Assembly (NCBI RefSeq): GCF_009914755.1 | Contig: NC_060941.1 | Reading direction: 5' to 3' (one strand) | DNA: 64,000 bases | Source of the DNA: the human T2T-CHM13v2.0 reference genome, Homo sapiens | Part shown: piece by piece, positions 63,822-64,000 of the stretch | Position numbering within the stretch: the stretch's first letter is position 1 | How the letters are laid out: each line of letters opens with the position of its first letter | Notes under the pieces: model-generated | The model's database searches: none | The model's input: only the letters and a program-made list of their open reading frames with translations | Told to the model about the DNA's origin: nothing | Made by a program: the position numbers and the translations under genes

Positions 63822-64000
63822 TTCTTTTTTTGTTTTTCTTTTCTTTTTAGATGGAGTTTTGCTCTTGTTGCCCAAGCTGGAGAGCAGTGGTCTGATCTTG
63901 GCTCACTGCAACCTCCGTCTCCTGGATTCAAGAGATTCTCCTGCCTCCGCCTCCTGAATAGCTGGGATTACAGGCGTACGCCACCACGTCCGGCTAATTT
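63822..64000 (-). mobile_element. Alu, cut by the window end
   Basis: T-rich tail followed by the reverse right arm. Confidence 0.88.

Overview
Human genomic DNA from the type I (acidic) hair-keratin cluster (17q21.2). All five keratin loci are on the minus strand, in this order: the 5' half of KRT33B (exons 1-3; the window starts at the exon-3 donor), complete KRT34 (394 aa), complete KRT31 (416 aa), the pseudogene KRT41P (psi-hHaA: seven intact exons and one in-frame TGA in exon 4), and complete KRT37 (449 aa). All exon boundaries were read from GT/AG junctions, and internal exons have the canonical 83/157/162/126/221-nt sizes. Intergenic DNA is mostly Alu, L1, L2, MIR, MLT and MER/Tigger relics; repeat-family calls come from recalled consensus sequences and their ends are approximate. 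I see no evidence of a wholly new biological system; this is a well-studied locus. The best second-look items are: (1) splice and poly(A) signals for a plus-strand transcript spanning KRT41P antisense; (2) a KRT34/KRT31 gene-conversion tract over exons 4-6; (3) an inverted Alu pair flanking those same KRT34 exons (circRNA/editing candidate); (4) a conserved promoter module (CACCC, HOX13, a 26-bp MAF/ARE-like block, LEF1); (5) several templated insertions and local duplications.
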